A program made the translations under genes and the position numbers. A DNA stretch of 64,000 bases from Nemertoderma westbladi (taxonomy: Eukaryota > Animalia > Xenacoelomorpha), in assembly GCA_032718475.1 (NCBI GenBank), contig JAUCBJ010001168.1:1-64000 (forward strand), read 5' to 3'. The notes under the pieces are model-generated. The model was given only the letters and a program-made list of their open reading frames with translations, was not told the origin of the DNA and did not search any database. Shown piece by piece: positions 1 through 18,000 of the stretch (positions are counted from its first letter, which is position 1; each line of letters starts with the position of its first letter).

Positions 1-3000
1 ATTATATGTATCAGATATATTTTATGTATCGGATATATTTTATGTATTGGATATATTTTATGTATTGGATATATTTTATGTATCGGATATATTTTATGTA
101 TCGGATATATTTTATGTATCGGATACATTTTATGTATCGGATATATTTTATGTATCGGATATATTTTATGTATCGGATATATTTTACATATGTATTGGAT
201 ATATTTTATGTATCGGATATATTTTATGTATTGGATATATTTTATGTATTGGATATATTTTATGTATCGGATATATTTTATGTATTGGATATATTTTATG
301 TATCGGATATATTTTACATATGTATTGGATATATTTTATGTATTGGATATATTTTATGTATCGGATATATTTTATGTATCGGATATATTTTATGTATCGG
401 ATATATTATATGTATCAGATATATTTTATGTATCGGATATATTTTATGTATCGGATATATTTTATGTATTGGATATATTTTATGTATCGGATATATTTTA
501 CATATGTATTGGATATATTTTATGTATTGGATATATTTTATGTATCGGATATATTTTATGTATCGGATATATTTTATGTATCGGATACATTTTATGTATC
601 GGATATATTTTACATATGTATTGGATATATTTTATGTATTGGATATATTTTATGTATCGGATATATTTTATGTATCGGATATATTTTATGTATCGGATAC
701 ATTTTATGTATCGGATATATTTTATGTATCGGATATATTTTATGTATCGGATATATTTTACATATGTATTGGATATATTTTATGTATCGGATATATTTTA
801 TGTATTGGATATATTTTATGTATCGGATATATTTTATGTATCGGATATATTTCATGTATCGGATACATTTTATGTATCGGATATATTTTATGTATTGGAT
901 ATATTTTATGTATTGGATATATTTTATGTATCGGATATATTTTACATCTGTATTGGATATATTTTACATATGTATCGGATATATTTTATGTATCGGATAT
1001 ATTTTATGTATCGGATATATTTTATGTATCGGATATATTATATGTATCAGATATATTTTATGTATCGGATATATTTTATGTATCGGATACATTTTATGTA
1101 TCGGATATATTTTATGTATTGGATATATTTTATGTATTGGATATATTTTATGTATTGGATATATTTTATGTATCGGATATATTTTATGTATCGGATATAT
1201 TTTATGTATCGGATATATTTTATGTATCGGATATATTTTATGTATCGGATATATTTTACATATGTATCGGATATATTTTATGTATCGGATATATTTTATA
1301 TATCGGATATATTTTATGTATTGGATATATTTTATGTATTGGATATATTTTATGTATCGGATATATTTTATGTATTGGATATATTTTATGTATCGGATAT
1401 ATTTTATGTATTGGATATATTTTATGTATCGGATATATTTTACATATGTATTGGATATATTTTATGTATCGGATATATTTTATGTATCGGATATATTTTA
1501 TTTATCGGATATATTTTATGTATCGGATATATTTTACATATGTATTGGATATATTTTATGTATTGGATATATTTTATGTATCGGATATATTTTATGTATT
1601 GGATATATTTTATGTATTGGATATATTTTATGTATCGGATATATTTTATGTATTGGATATATTTTATGTATCGGATATATTTTACATATGTATTGGATAT
1701 ATTTTATGTATTGGATATATTTTATGTATCGGATATATTTTATGTATCGGATATATTTTATGTATCGGATATATTTTACATATTTATTGGATATATTTTA
1801 TGTATCGGATATATTTTATGTATTGGATATATTTTATGTATCGGATATATTTTACATATGTATTGGATATATTTTATGTATTGGATATATTTTATGTATT
1901 GGATATATTTTACATATGTATTGGATATATTTTATGTATCGGATATATTTTATGTATTGGATATATTTTATGTATTGGATATATTTTATGTATTGGATAT
2001 ATTTTACATATGTATTGGATATATTTTATGTATCGGATATATTTTATGTATCGGATATATTTTATGTATCGGATATATTTTATGTATTGGATATATTTTA
2101 TGTATCGGATATATTTTATGTATCGGATATATTTTATGTATCGGATATATTTTATGTATCGGATATATTTTATGTATCGGATATATTTTATGTATTGGAT
2201 ATATTTTATGTATCGGATATATTTTACATATGTATTGGATATATTTTATGTATCGGATATATTTTATGTATCGGATATATTTTATGTATTGGATATATTT
2301 TATGTATTGGATATATTTTATGTATCGGATATATTTTATGTATTGGATATATTTTATGTATCGGATACATTTTATGTATCGGATATATTTTATGTATCGG
2401 ATACATTTTATGTATCGGATATATTTTATGTATTGGATATATTTTATGTATCGGATATATTTTACATCTGTATTGGATATATTTTACATATGTATTGGAT
2501 ATATTTTATGTATCGGATATATTTTATGTATCGGATATATTTTATGTATCGGATATATTATATGTATCAGATATATTTTATGTATCGGATATATTTTATG
2601 TATTGGATATATTTTATGTATTGGATATATTTTATGTATCGGATATATTTTATGTATCGGATATATTTTATGTATCGGATACATTTTATGTATCGGATAT
2701 ATTTTATGTATCGGATATATTTTATGTATCGGATATATTTTACATATGTATTGGATATATTTTATGTATCGGATATATTTTATGTATTGGATATATTTTA
2801 TGTATTGGATATATTTTATGTATCGGATATATTTTATGTATTGGATATATTTTATGTATCGGATATATTTTACATATGTATTGGATATATTTTATGTATT
2901 GGATATATTTTATGTATCGGATATATTTTATGTATCAGATATATTTTATGTATCGGATATATTTTATGTATCGGATATATTTTATGTATTGGATATATTT

Positions 3001-6000
3001 TATGTATCGGATATATTTTACATATGTATTGGATATATTTTATGTATTGGATATATTTTATGTATCGGATATATTTTATGTATCGGATATATTTTATGTA
3101 TCGGATACATTTTATGTATCGGATATATTTTACATATGTATTGGATATATTTTATGTATTGGATATATTTTATGTATCGGATATATTTTATGTATCGGAT
3201 ATATTTTATGTATCGGATACATTTTATGTATCGGATATATTTTATGTATCGGATATATTTTATGTATCGGATATATTTTACATATGTATTGGATATATTT
3301 TATGTATCGGATATATTTTATGTATTGGATATATTTTATGTATCGGATATATTTTATGTATCGGATATATTTCATGTATCGGATACATTTTATGTATCGG
3401 ATATATTTTATGTATTGGATATATTTTATGTATTGGATATATTTTATGTATCGGATATATTTTACATCTGTATTGGATATATTTTACATATGTATCGGAT
3501 ATATTTTATGTATCGGATATATTTTATGTATCGGATATATTTTATGTATCGGATATATTATATGTATCAGATATATTTTATGTATCGGATATATTTTATG
3601 TATTGGATATATTTTATGTATTGGATATATTTTATGTATCGGATATATTTTATGTATCGGATATATTTTATGTATCGGATACATTTTATGTATCGGATAT
3701 ATTTTATGTATCGGATATATTTTATGTATCGGATATATTTTACATATGTATTGGATATATTTTATGTATCGGATATATTTTATGTATTGGATATATTTTA
3801 TGTATTGGATATATTTTATGTATCGGATATATTTTATGTATTGGATATATTTTATGTATCGGATATATTTTACATATGTATTGGATATATTTTATGTATT
3901 GGATATATTTTATGTATCGGATATATTTTATGTATCGGATATATTTTATGTATCGGATATATTATATGTATCAGATATATTTTATGTATCGGATATATTT
4001 TATGTATCGGATATATTTTATGTATTGGATATATTTTATGTATCGGATATATTTTACATATGTATTGGATATATTTTATGTATTGGATATATTTTATGTA
4101 TCGGATATATTTTATGTATCGGATATATTTTATGTATCGGATACATTTTATGTATCGGATATATTTTACATATGTATTGGATATATTTTATGTATTGGAT
4201 ATATTTTATGTATCGGATATATTTTATGTATCGGATATATTTTATGTATCGGATACATTTTATGTATCGGATATATTTTATGTATCGGATATATTTTATG
4301 TATCGGATATATTTTACATATGTATTGGATATATTTTATGTATCGGATATATTTTATGTATTGGATATATTTTATGTATCGGATATATTTTATGTATCGG
4401 ATATATTTTATGTATCGGATACATTTTATGTATCGGATATATTTTATGTATTGGATATATTTTATGTATTGGATATATTTTATGTATCGGATATATTTTA
4501 TGTATCGGATATATTTTATGTATCGGATATATTTTATGTATCGGATATATTTTATGTATCGGATATATTTTATGTATCGGATATATTTTACATATGTATC
4601 GGATATATTTTATGTATCGGATATATTTTATGTATCGGATATATTTTATGTATTGGATATATTTTATGTATTGGATATATTTTATGTATCGGATATATTT
4701 TATGTATCGGATATATTTTATGTATCGGATATATTTTATGTATTGGATATATTTTATGTATCGGATATATTTTACATATGTATTGGATATATTTTATGTA
4801 TCGGATATATTTTATGTATCGGATATATTTTATTTATCGGATATATTTTATGTATCGGATATATTTTACATATGTATTGGATATATTTTATGTATTGGAT
4901 ATATTTTATGTATCGGATATATTTTATGTATTGGATATATTTTATGTATCGGATATATTTTACATATGTATTGGATATATTTTATGTATTGGATATATTT
5001 TATGTATCGGATATATTTTATGTATCGGATATATTTTATGTATTGGATATATTTTATGTATTGGATATATTTTATGTATTGGATATATTTTATGTATCGG
5101 ATATATTTTATGTATCGGATATATTTTATGTATCGGATATATTTTATGTATTGGATATATTTTATGTATTGGATATATTTTATGTATTGGATATATTTTA
5201 TGTATTGGATATATTTTATGTATTGGATATATTTTATGTATCGGATATATTTTATGTATCGGATATATTTTATGTATCGGATATATTTTATGTATTGGAT
5301 ATATTTTATGTATTGGATATATTTTATGTATTGGATATATTTTATGTATCGGATATATTTTATGTATCGGATATATTTTATGTATCGGATATATTTTATG
5401 TATCGGATATATTTTATGTATCGGATATATTTTACATATGTATCGGATATATTTTATGTATCGGATATATTTTATGTATCGGATATATTTTATGTATTGG
5501 ATATATTTTATGTATTGGATATATTTTATGTATCGGATATATTTTATGTATCGGATATATTTTATGTATCGGATATATTTTATGTATTGGATATATTTTA
5601 TGTATCGGATATATTTTACATATGTATTGGATATATTTTATGTATCGGATATATTTTATGTATCGGATATATTTTATGTATCGGATATATTTTATGTATC
5701 GGATATATTTTACATATGTATTGGATATATTTTATGTATTGGATATATTTTATGTATCGGATATATTTTATGTATTGGATATATTTTATGTATTGGATAT
5801 ATTTTATGTATCGGATATATTTTATGTATTGGATATATTTTATGTATCGGATATATTTTACATATGTATTGGATATATTTTATGTATTGGATATATTTTA
5901 TGTATCGGATATATTTTATGTATCGGATATATTTTATGTATCGGATATATTTTACATATTTATTGGATATATTTTATGTATCGGATATATTTTATGTATT

Positions 6001-9000
6001 GGATATATTTTATGTATCGGATATATTTTACATATGTATTGGATATATTTTATGTATTGGATATATTTTATGTATTGGATATATTTTACATATGTATTGG
6101 ATATATTTTATGTATCGGATATATTTTATGTATTGGATATATTTTATGTATTGGATATATTTTATGTATTGGATATATTTTACATATGTATTGGATATAT
6201 TTTATGTATCGGATATATTTTATGTATCGGATATATTTTATGTATCGGATATATTTTATGTATTGGATATATTTTATGTATCGGATATATTTTATGTATC
6301 GGATATATTTTATGTATCGGATATATTTTACATATGTATTGATATATTTTATGTATCGGATATATTTTATGTATCGGATATATTTTATGTATCGGATATA
6401 TTTTATGTATTGGATATATTTTATGTATCGGATATATTTTATGTATCGGATATATTTTATGTATCGGATATATTTTATGTATCGGATATATTTTATGTAT
6501 CGGATATATTTTACATATGTATTGGATATATTTTACATATGTATCGGATATATTTTATGTATCGGATATATTTTATGTATTGGATATATTTTATGTATCG
6601 GATATATTTTATGTATTGGATATATTTTATGTATCGGATATATTTTATGTATCGGATATATTTTATGTATTGGATATATTTTATGTATCGGATATATTTT
6701 ATGTATTGGATATATTTTATGTATCGGATATATTTTATGTATCGGATATATTTTATGTATTGGATATATTTTATGTATTGGATATATTTTATGTATCGGA
6801 TATATTTTATGTATTGGATATATTTTATGTATCGGATATATTTTATGTATCGGATATATTTTATGTATCGGATATATTTTATGTATCGGATATATTTTAT
6901 GTATTGGATATATTTTATGTATCGGATATATTTTATGTATCGGATATATTTTATGTATCGGATATATTTTATGTATCGGATATATTTTACATATGTATCG
7001 GATATATTTTATGTATCGGATATATTTTATGTATTGGATATATTTTATGTATCGGATATATTTTATGTATTGGATATATTTTATGTATCGGATATATTTT
7101 ATGTATCGGATATATTTTATGTATCGGATATATTTTATGTATCGGATATATTTTATGTATCGGATATATTTTATGTATCGGATATATTTTACATATGTAT
7201 CGGATATATTTTATGTATCGGATATATTTTATGTATTGGATATATTTTATGTATCGGATATATTTTATGTATCAGATATATTTTATGTATCGGATATATT
7301 TTATGTATCGGATATATTTTATGTATCGGATATATTTTATGTATTGGATATATTTTATGTATCGGATATATTTTATGTATCAGATATATTTTATGTATCG
7401 GATATATTTTATGTATCGGATATATTTTATGTATTGGATATATTTTATGTATCGGATATATTTTATGTATCGGATATATTTTATGTATCGGATATATTTT
7501 ATGTATTGGATATATTTTATGTATCGGATATATTTTATGTATTGGATATATTTTATGTATCGGATATATTTTATGTATCGGATATATTTTACATATGTAT
7601 TGGATATATTTTACATATGTATCGGATATATTTTATGTATCGGATATATTTTATGTATTGGATATATTTTATGTATCGGATATATTTTATGTATCGGATA
7701 TATTATATGTATCGGATATATTTTATGTATCGGATATATTTTATGTATCGGATATATTTTATGTATCGGATATATTTTACATATGTATTGAATATATTTT
7801 ACATATGTATCGGATATATTTTATGTATCGGATATATTTTATGTATCGGATATATTTTATGTATTGGATATATTTTATGTATCGGATATATTTTATGTAT
7901 CGGATATATTTTATGTATCGGATATATTTTATGTATTGGATATATTTTATGTATCGGATATATTTTATGTATCGGATATATTTTATGTATCGGATATATT
8001 TTATGTATCGGATATATTTTATGTATCGGATATATTTTATGTATCGGATATATTTTATGTATCGGATATATTTTATGTATCGGATATATTTTATGTATCG
8101 GATATATTTTACATATGTATCGGATATATTTTATGTATCGGATATATTTTATGTATTGGATATATTTTATGTATCGGATATATTTTATGTATCAGATATA
8201 TTTTATGTATCGGATATATTTTATGTATCGGATATATTTTATGTATCGGATATATTTTATGTATTGGATATATTTTATGTATCGGATATATTTTATGTAT
8301 CAGATATATTTTATGTATCGGATATATTTTATGTATTGGATATATTTTATGTATCGGATATATTTTATGTATCGGATATATTTTATGTATTGGATATATT
8401 TTATGTATTGGATATATTTTATGTATCGGATATATTTTACATATGTATTGGATATATTTTATGTATCGGATATATTTTATATATCGGATATATTTTATGT
8501 ATTGGATATATTTTATGTATCGGATATATTTTATGTATTGGATATATTTTATGTATCGGATATATTTTATGTATCGGATATATTTTATGTATCGGATATA
8601 TTTTATGTATCGGATATATTTTACATATGTATTGGATATATTTTATGTATCGGATATATTTTATGTATTGGATATATTTTATGTATTGGATATATTTTAT
8701 ATATCGGATATATTTTATGTATCGGATATATTTTATGTATCGGATATATTTTATGTATTGGATATATTTTATGTATCGGATATATTTTATGTATCGGATA
8801 TATTTTATGTATCGGATATATTTTATGTATCGGATATATTTTACATATGTATTGGATATATTTTACATATGTATTGGATATATTTTATGTATCGGATATA
8901 TTTTACATATGTATTGGATATATTTTATGTATCGGATATATTTTATGTATCGGATATATTTTATGTATCGGATATATTTTATGTATCGGATATATTTTAC

Positions 9001-12000
9001 ATATGTATTGGATATATTTTATGTATCGGATATATTTTATGTATCGGATATATTTTATGTATCGGATATATTTTATGTATCGGATATATTTTACATATGT
9101 ATTGGATATATTTTACATATGTATCGGATATATTTTATGTATTGGATATATTTTATGTATCGGATATATTTTATGTATCGGATATATTTTATGTATCGGA
9201 TATATTTTATGTATCGGATATATTTTATGTATTGGATTTATTTTATGTATCGGATATATTTTATGTATCGGATATATTTTATGTATCGGATATATTTTAT
9301 GTATTGGATATATTTTATATATCGGATATATTTTATGTATTGGATATATTTTATGTATTGGATATATTTTATGTATCGGATATATTTTATGTATCGGATA
9401 TATTTTATGTATCGGATATATTTTATGTATCGGATATATTTTATGTATCGGATATATTTTATGTATCGGATATATTTTACATATGTATCGGATATATTTT
9501 ATGTATCGGATATATTTTATATATCGGATATATTTTATGTATTGGATATATTTTATGTATTGGATATATTTTATGTATCGGATATATTTTATGTATCGGA
9601 TATATTTTATGTATCGGATATATTTTATGTATTGGATATATTTTATGTATCGGATATATTTTACATATGTATTGGATATATTTTATGTATCGGATATATT
9701 TTATGTATCGGATATATTTTATTTATCGGATATATTTTATGTATCGGATATATTTTACATATGTATTGGATATATTTTATGTATTGGATATATTTTATGT
9801 ATCGGATATATTTTATGTATTGGATATATTTTATGTATTGGATATATTTTATGTATCGGATATATTTTATGTATTGGATATATTTTATGTATCGGATATA
9901 TTTTACATATGTATTGGATATATTTTATGTATTGGATATATTTTATGTATCGGATATATTTTATGTATCGGATATATTTTATGTATCGGATATATTTTAC
10001 ATATTTATTGGATATATTTTATGTATCGGATATATTTTATGTATTGGATATATTTTATGTATCGGATATATTTTACATATGTATTGGATATATTTTATGT
10101 ATTGGATATATTTTATGTATTGGATATATTTTACATATGTATTGGATATATTTTATGTATCGGATATATTTTATGTATTGGATATATTTTATGTATTGGA
10201 TATATTTTATGTATTGGAAATATTTTACATATGTATTGGATATATTTTATGTATCGGATATATTTTATGTATCGGATATATTTTATGTATCGGATATATT
10301 TTATGTATTGGATATATTTTATGTATCGGATATATTTTATGTATCGGATATATTTTATGTATCGGATATATTTTATGTATCGGATATATTTTATGTATCG
10401 GATATATTTTATGTATTGGATGTATTTTATGTATCGGATATATTTTACATATGTATTGGATATATTTTATGTATCGGATATATTTTATGTATCGGATATA
10501 TTTTATGTATTGGATATATTTTATGTATTGGATATATTTTATGTATCGGATATATTTTATGTATTGGATATATTTTATGTATCGGATACATTTTATGTAT
10601 CGGATATATTTTATGTATCGGATACATTTTATGTATCGGATATATTTTATGTATTGGATATATTTTATGTATCGGATATATTTTACATCTGTATTGGATA
10701 TATTTTACATATGTATCGGATATATTTTATGTATCGGATATATTTTATGTATCGGATATATTTTATGTATCGGATATATTATATGTATCAGATATATTTT
10801 ATGTATCGGATATATTTTATGTATTGGATATATTTTATGTATTGGATATATTTTATGTATCGGATATATTTTATGTATCGGATATATTTTATGTATCGGA
10901 TACATTTTATGTATCGGATATATTTTATGTATCGGATATATTTTATGTATCGGATATATTTTACATATGTATTGGATATATTTTATGTATCGGATATATT
11001 TTATGTATTGGATATATTTTATGTATTGGATATATTTTATGTATCGGATATATTTTATGTATTGGATATATTTTATATATCGGATATATTTTACATATGT
11101 ATTGGATATATTTTATGTATTGGATATATTTTATGTATCGGATATATTTTATGTATCGGATATATTTTATGTATCGGATATATTATATGTATCAGATATA
11201 TTTTATGTATCGGATATATTTTATGTATCGGATATATTTTATGTATTGGATATATTTTATGTATCAGATATATTTTACATATGTATTGGATATATTTTAT
11301 GTATTGGATATATTTTATGTATCGGATATATTTTATGTATCGGATATATTTTATGTATCGGATACATTTTATGTATCGGATATATTTTACATATGTATTG
11401 GATATATTTTATGTATTGGATATATTTTATGTATCGGATATATTTTATGTATCGGATATATTTTATGTATCGGATACATTTTATGTATCGGATATATTTT
11501 ATGTATCGGATATATTTTATGTATCGGATATATTTTACATATGTATTGGATATATTTTATGTATCGGATATATTTTATGTATTGGATATATTTTATGTAT
11601 CGGATATATTTTATGTATCGGATATATTTCATGTATCGGATACATTTTATGTATCGGATATATTTTATGTATTGGATATATTTTATGTATTGGATATATT
11701 TTATGTATCGGATATATTTTACATCTGTATTGGATATATTTTACATATGTATCGGATATATTTTATGTATCGGATATATTTTATGTATCGGATATATTTT
11801 ATGTATCGGATATATTATATGTATCAGATATATTTTATGTATCGGATATATTTTATGTATTGGATATATTTTATGTATTGGATATATTTTATGTATCGGA
11901 TATATTTTATGTATCGGATATATTTTATGTATCGGATACATTTTATGTATCGGATATATTTTATGTATCGGATATATTTTATGTATCGGATATATTTTAC

Positions 12001-15000
12001 ATATGTATTGGATATATTTTATGTATCGGATATATTTTATGTATTGGATATATGTTATGTATTGGATATATTTTATGTATCGGATATATTTTATGTATTG
12101 GATATATTTTATGTATCGGATATATTTTACATATGTATTGGATATATTTTATGTATTGGATATATTTTATGTATCGGATATATTTTATGTATCGGATATA
12201 TTTTATGTATCGGATATATTATATGTATCAGATATATTTTATGTATCGGATATATTTTATGTATCGGATATATTTTATGTATTGGATATATTTTATGTAT
12301 CGGATATATTTTACATATGTATTGGATATATTTTATGTATTGGATATATTTTATGTATCGGATATATTTTATGTATCGGATATATTTTATGTATCGGATA
12401 CATTTTATGTATCGGATACATTTTATGTATCGGATATATTTTACATATGTATTGGATATATTTTATGTATTGGATATATTTTATGTATCGGATATATTTT
12501 ATGTATCGGATATATTTTATGTATTGGATATATTTTATGTATCGGATATATTTTATGTATCGGATATATTTTATGTATCGGATATATTTTATGTATCGGA
12601 TATATTTTATGTATCGGATATATTTTATGTATCGGATATATTTTATGTATTGGATATATTTTAATATGTATCGGATATATTTTATGTATCGGATATATTT
12701 TATGTATTGGATATATTTTATGTATCGGATATATTTTATGTATTGGATATATTTTATGTATCGGATATATTTTATGTATCGGATATATTTTATGTATCGG
12801 ATATATTTTATGTATTGGATATATTTTATGTATTGGATATATTTTATGTATTGGATATATTTTATGTATCGGATATATTTTATGTATCGGATATATTTTA
12901 TGTATCGGATATATTTTATGTATTGGATATATTTTATGTATTGGATATATTTTATGTATTGGATATATTTTATGTATCGGATATATTTTATGTATCGGAT
13001 ATATTTTATGTATCGGATATATTTTATGTATTGGATATATTTTATGTATCGGATATATTTTATGTATCGGATATATTTTATGTATCGGATATATTTTATG
13101 TATCGGATATATTTTATGTATTGGATATATTTTATGTATCGGATATATTTTATGTATCGGATATATTTTATGTATCGGATATATTTTATGTATTGGATAT
13201 ATTTTATGTATCGGATATATTTTATGTATTGGATATATTTTATGTATCGGATATATTTTATGTATCGGATATATTTTACATATGTATTGGATATATTTTA
13301 CATATGTATCGGATATATTTTATGTATCGGATATATTTTATGTATTGGATATATTTTATGTATCGGATATATTTTATGTATCGGATATATTTTATGTATC
13401 GGATATATTTTATGTATCGGATATATTTTATGTATCGGATATATTTTATGTATCGGATATATTTTACATATGTATTGGATATATTTTACATATGTATCGG
13501 ATATATTTTATGTATCGGATATATTTTATGTATCGGATATATTTTATGTATTGGATATATTTTATGTATCGGATATATTTTATGTATCGGATATATTTTA
13601 TGTATCGGATATATTTTATGTATCGGATATATTTTATGTATCGGATATATTTTACATATGTATTGGATATATTTTACATATGTATCGGATATATTTTATG
13701 TATCGGATATATTTTATGTATTGGATATATTTTATGTATCGGATATATTTTATGTATTGGATATATTTTATGTATCGGATATATTTTATGTATCGGATAT
13801 ATTTTATGTATTGGATATATTTTATGTATCGGATATATTTTATGTATTGGATATATTTTATGTATCGGATATATTTTATGTATCGGATATATTTTATGTA
13901 TTGGATATATTTTATGTATCGGATATATTTTATGTATTGGATATATTTTATGTATCGGATATATTTTATGTATTGGATATATTTTATGTATCGGATATAT
14001 TTTATGTATCGGATATATTTTATGTATCGGATATATTTTATGTATCGGATATATTTTATGTATTGGATATATTTTATGTATTGGATATATTTTATGTATC
14101 GGATATATTTTATGTATCGGATATATTTTATGTATCGGATATATTTTATGTATTGGATATATTTTATGTATCGGATATATTTTATGTATCGGATATATTT
14201 TATGTATCGGATATATTTTATGTATCGGATATATTTTATGTATTGGATATATTTTATGTATCGGATATATTTTATGTATCGGATATATTTTATGTATCGG
14301 ATATATTTTATGTATTGGATATATTTTATGTATCGGATATATTTTATGTATTGGATATATTTTATGTATCGGATATATTTTATGTATCGGATATATTTTA
14401 CATATGTATTGGATATATTTTACATATGTATCGGATATATTTTATGTATCGGATATATTTTATGTATTGGATATATTTTATGTATCGGATATATTTTATG
14501 TATCGGATATATTTTATGTATCGGATATATTTTATGTATCGGATATATTTTATGTATCGGATATATTTTATGTATCGGATATATTTTACATATGTATTGG
14601 ATATATTTTACATATGTATCGGATATATTTTATGTATCGGATATATTTTATGTATCGGATATATTTTATGTATTGGATATATTTTATGTATCGGATATAT
14701 TTTATGTATCGGATATATTTTATGTATCGGATATATTTTATGTATCGGATATATTTTATGTATCGGATATATTTTACATATGTATTGGATATATTTTACA
14801 TATGTATCGGATATATTTTATGTATCGGATATATTTTATGTATTGGATATATTTTATGTATCGGATATATTTTATGTATTGGATATATTTTATGTATCGG
14901 ATATATTTTATGTATCGGATATATTTTATGTATTGGATATATTTTATGTATCGGATATATTTTATGTATTGGATATATTTTATGTATCGGATATATTTTA

Positions 15001-18000
15001 TGTATCGGATATATTTTATGTATTGGATATATTTTATGTATTGGATATATTTTATGTATCGGATATATTTTATGTATTGGATATATTTTATGTATCGGAT
15101 ATATTTTATGTATCGGATATATTTTATGTATCGGATATATTTTATGTATCGGATATATTTTATGTATTGGATATATTTTATGTATCGGATATATTTTATG
15201 TATCGGATATATTTTATGTATCGGATATATTTTATGTATCGGATATATTTTAATTGTATCGGATATATTTTATGTATCGGATATATTTTATGTATTGGAT
15301 ATATTTTATGTATCGGATATATTTTATGTATTGGATATATTTTATGTATCGGATATATTTTATGTATCGGATATATTTTATGTATCGGATATATTTTATG
15401 TATCGGATATATTTTATGTATCGGATATATTTTACATATGTATCGGATATATTTTATGTATCGGATATATTTTATGTATTGGATATATTTTATGTATCGG
15501 ATATATTTTATGTATCGGATATATTTTATGTATCGGATATATTTTATGTATCGGATATATTTTATGTATCGGATATATTTTATGTATTGGATATATTTTA
15601 TGTATCGGATATATTTTATGTATCAGATATATTTTATGTATCGGATATATTTTATGTATTGGATATATTTTATGTATCGGATATATTTTATGTATCGGAT
15701 ATATTTTATGTATTGGATATATTTTATGTATTGGATATATTTTATGTATCGGATATATTTTACATATGTATTGGATATATTTTATGTATCGGATATATTT
15801 TATATATCGGATATATTTTATGTATTGGATATATTTTATGTATCGGATATATTTTATGTATTGGATATATTTTATGTATCGGATATATTTTATGTATCGG
15901 ATATATTTTATGTATCGGATATATTTTATGTATCGGATATATTTTACATATGTATTGGATATATTTTATGTATCGGATATATTTTATGTATTGGATATAT
16001 TTTATGTATTGGATATATTTTATATATCGGATATATTTTATGTATCGGATATATTTTATGTATCGGATATATTTTATGTATTGGATATATTTTATGTATC
16101 GGATATATTTTATGTATCGGATATATTTTATGTATCGGATATATTTTATGTATCGGATATATTTTACATATGTATTGGATATATTTTACATATGTATTGG
16201 ATATATTTTATGTATCGGATATATTTTACATATGTATTGGATATATTTTATGTATCGGATATATTTTATGTATCGGATATATTTTATGTATCGGATATAT
16301 TTTATGTATCGGATATATTTTACATATGTATTGGATATATTTTATGTATCGGATATATTTTATGTATCGGATATATTTTATGTATCGGATATATTTTATG
16401 TATCGGATATATTTTACATATGTATTGGATATATTTTACTATGTATCGGATATATTTTATGTATTGGATATATTTTATGTATCGGATATATTTTATGTAT
16501 CGGATATATTTTATGTATCGGATATATTTTATGTATCGGATATATTTTATGTATTGGATTTATTTTATGTATCGGATATATTTTATGTATCGGATATATT
16601 TTATGTATCGGATATATTTTATGTATTGGATATATTTTATATATCGGATATATTTTATGTATTGGATATATTTTATGTATTGGATATATTTTATGTATCG
16701 GATATATTTTATGTATCGGATATATTTTATGTATCGGATATATTTTATGTATTGGATATATTTTATGTATCGGATATATTTTACATATGTATTGGATATA
16801 TTTTATGTATCGGATATATTTTATGTATCGGATATATTTTATGTATCGGATATATTTTATGTATCGGATATATTTTACATATGTATTGGATATATTTTAT
16901 GTATTGGATATATTTTATGTATCGGATATATTTTATGTATTGGATATATTTTATGTATCGGATATATTTTACATATGTATTGGATATATTTTATGTATTG
17001 GATATATTTTATGTATCGGATATATTTTATGTATCGGATATATTTTATGTATTGGATATATTTTATGTATTGGATATATTTTATGTATTGGATATATTTT
17101 ATGTATCGGATATATTTTATGTATCGGATACATTTTATGTATCGGATATATTTTATGTATTGGATATATTTTATGTATTGGATATATTTTATGTATTGGA
17201 TATATTTTATGTATCGGATATATTTTATGTATCGGATATATTTTATGTATCGGATATATTTTATGTATCGGATATATTTTATGTATCGGATATATTTTAC
17301 ATATGTATCGGATATATTTTATGTATCGGATATATTTTATATATCGGATATATTTTATGTATTGGATATATTTTATGTATTGGATATATTTTATGTATCG
17401 GATATATTTTATGTATCGGATATATTTTATGTATCGGATATATTTTATGTATTGGATATATTTTATGTATCGGATATATTTTATGTATTGGATATATTTT
17501 ATGTATCGGATATATTTTATGTATCGGATATATTTTATTTATCGGATATATTTTATGTATCGGATATATTTTACATATGTATTGGATATATTTTATGTAT
17601 TGGATATATTTTATGTATCGGATATATTTTATGTATTGGATATATTTTATGTATTGGATATATTTTATGTATCGGATATATTTTATGTATTGGATATATT
17701 TTATGTATCGGATATATTTTACATATGTATTGGATATATTTTATGTATTGGATATATTTTATGTATCGGATATATTTTATGTATCGGATATATTTTATGT
17801 ATCGGATATATTTTACATATTTATTGGATATATTTTATGTATCGGATATATTTTATGTATTGGATATATTTTATGTATCGGATATATTTTACATATGTAT
17901 TGGATATATTTTATGTATTGGATATATTTTATGTATTGGATATATTTTACATATGTATTGGATATATTTTATGTATCGGATATATTTTATGTATTGGATA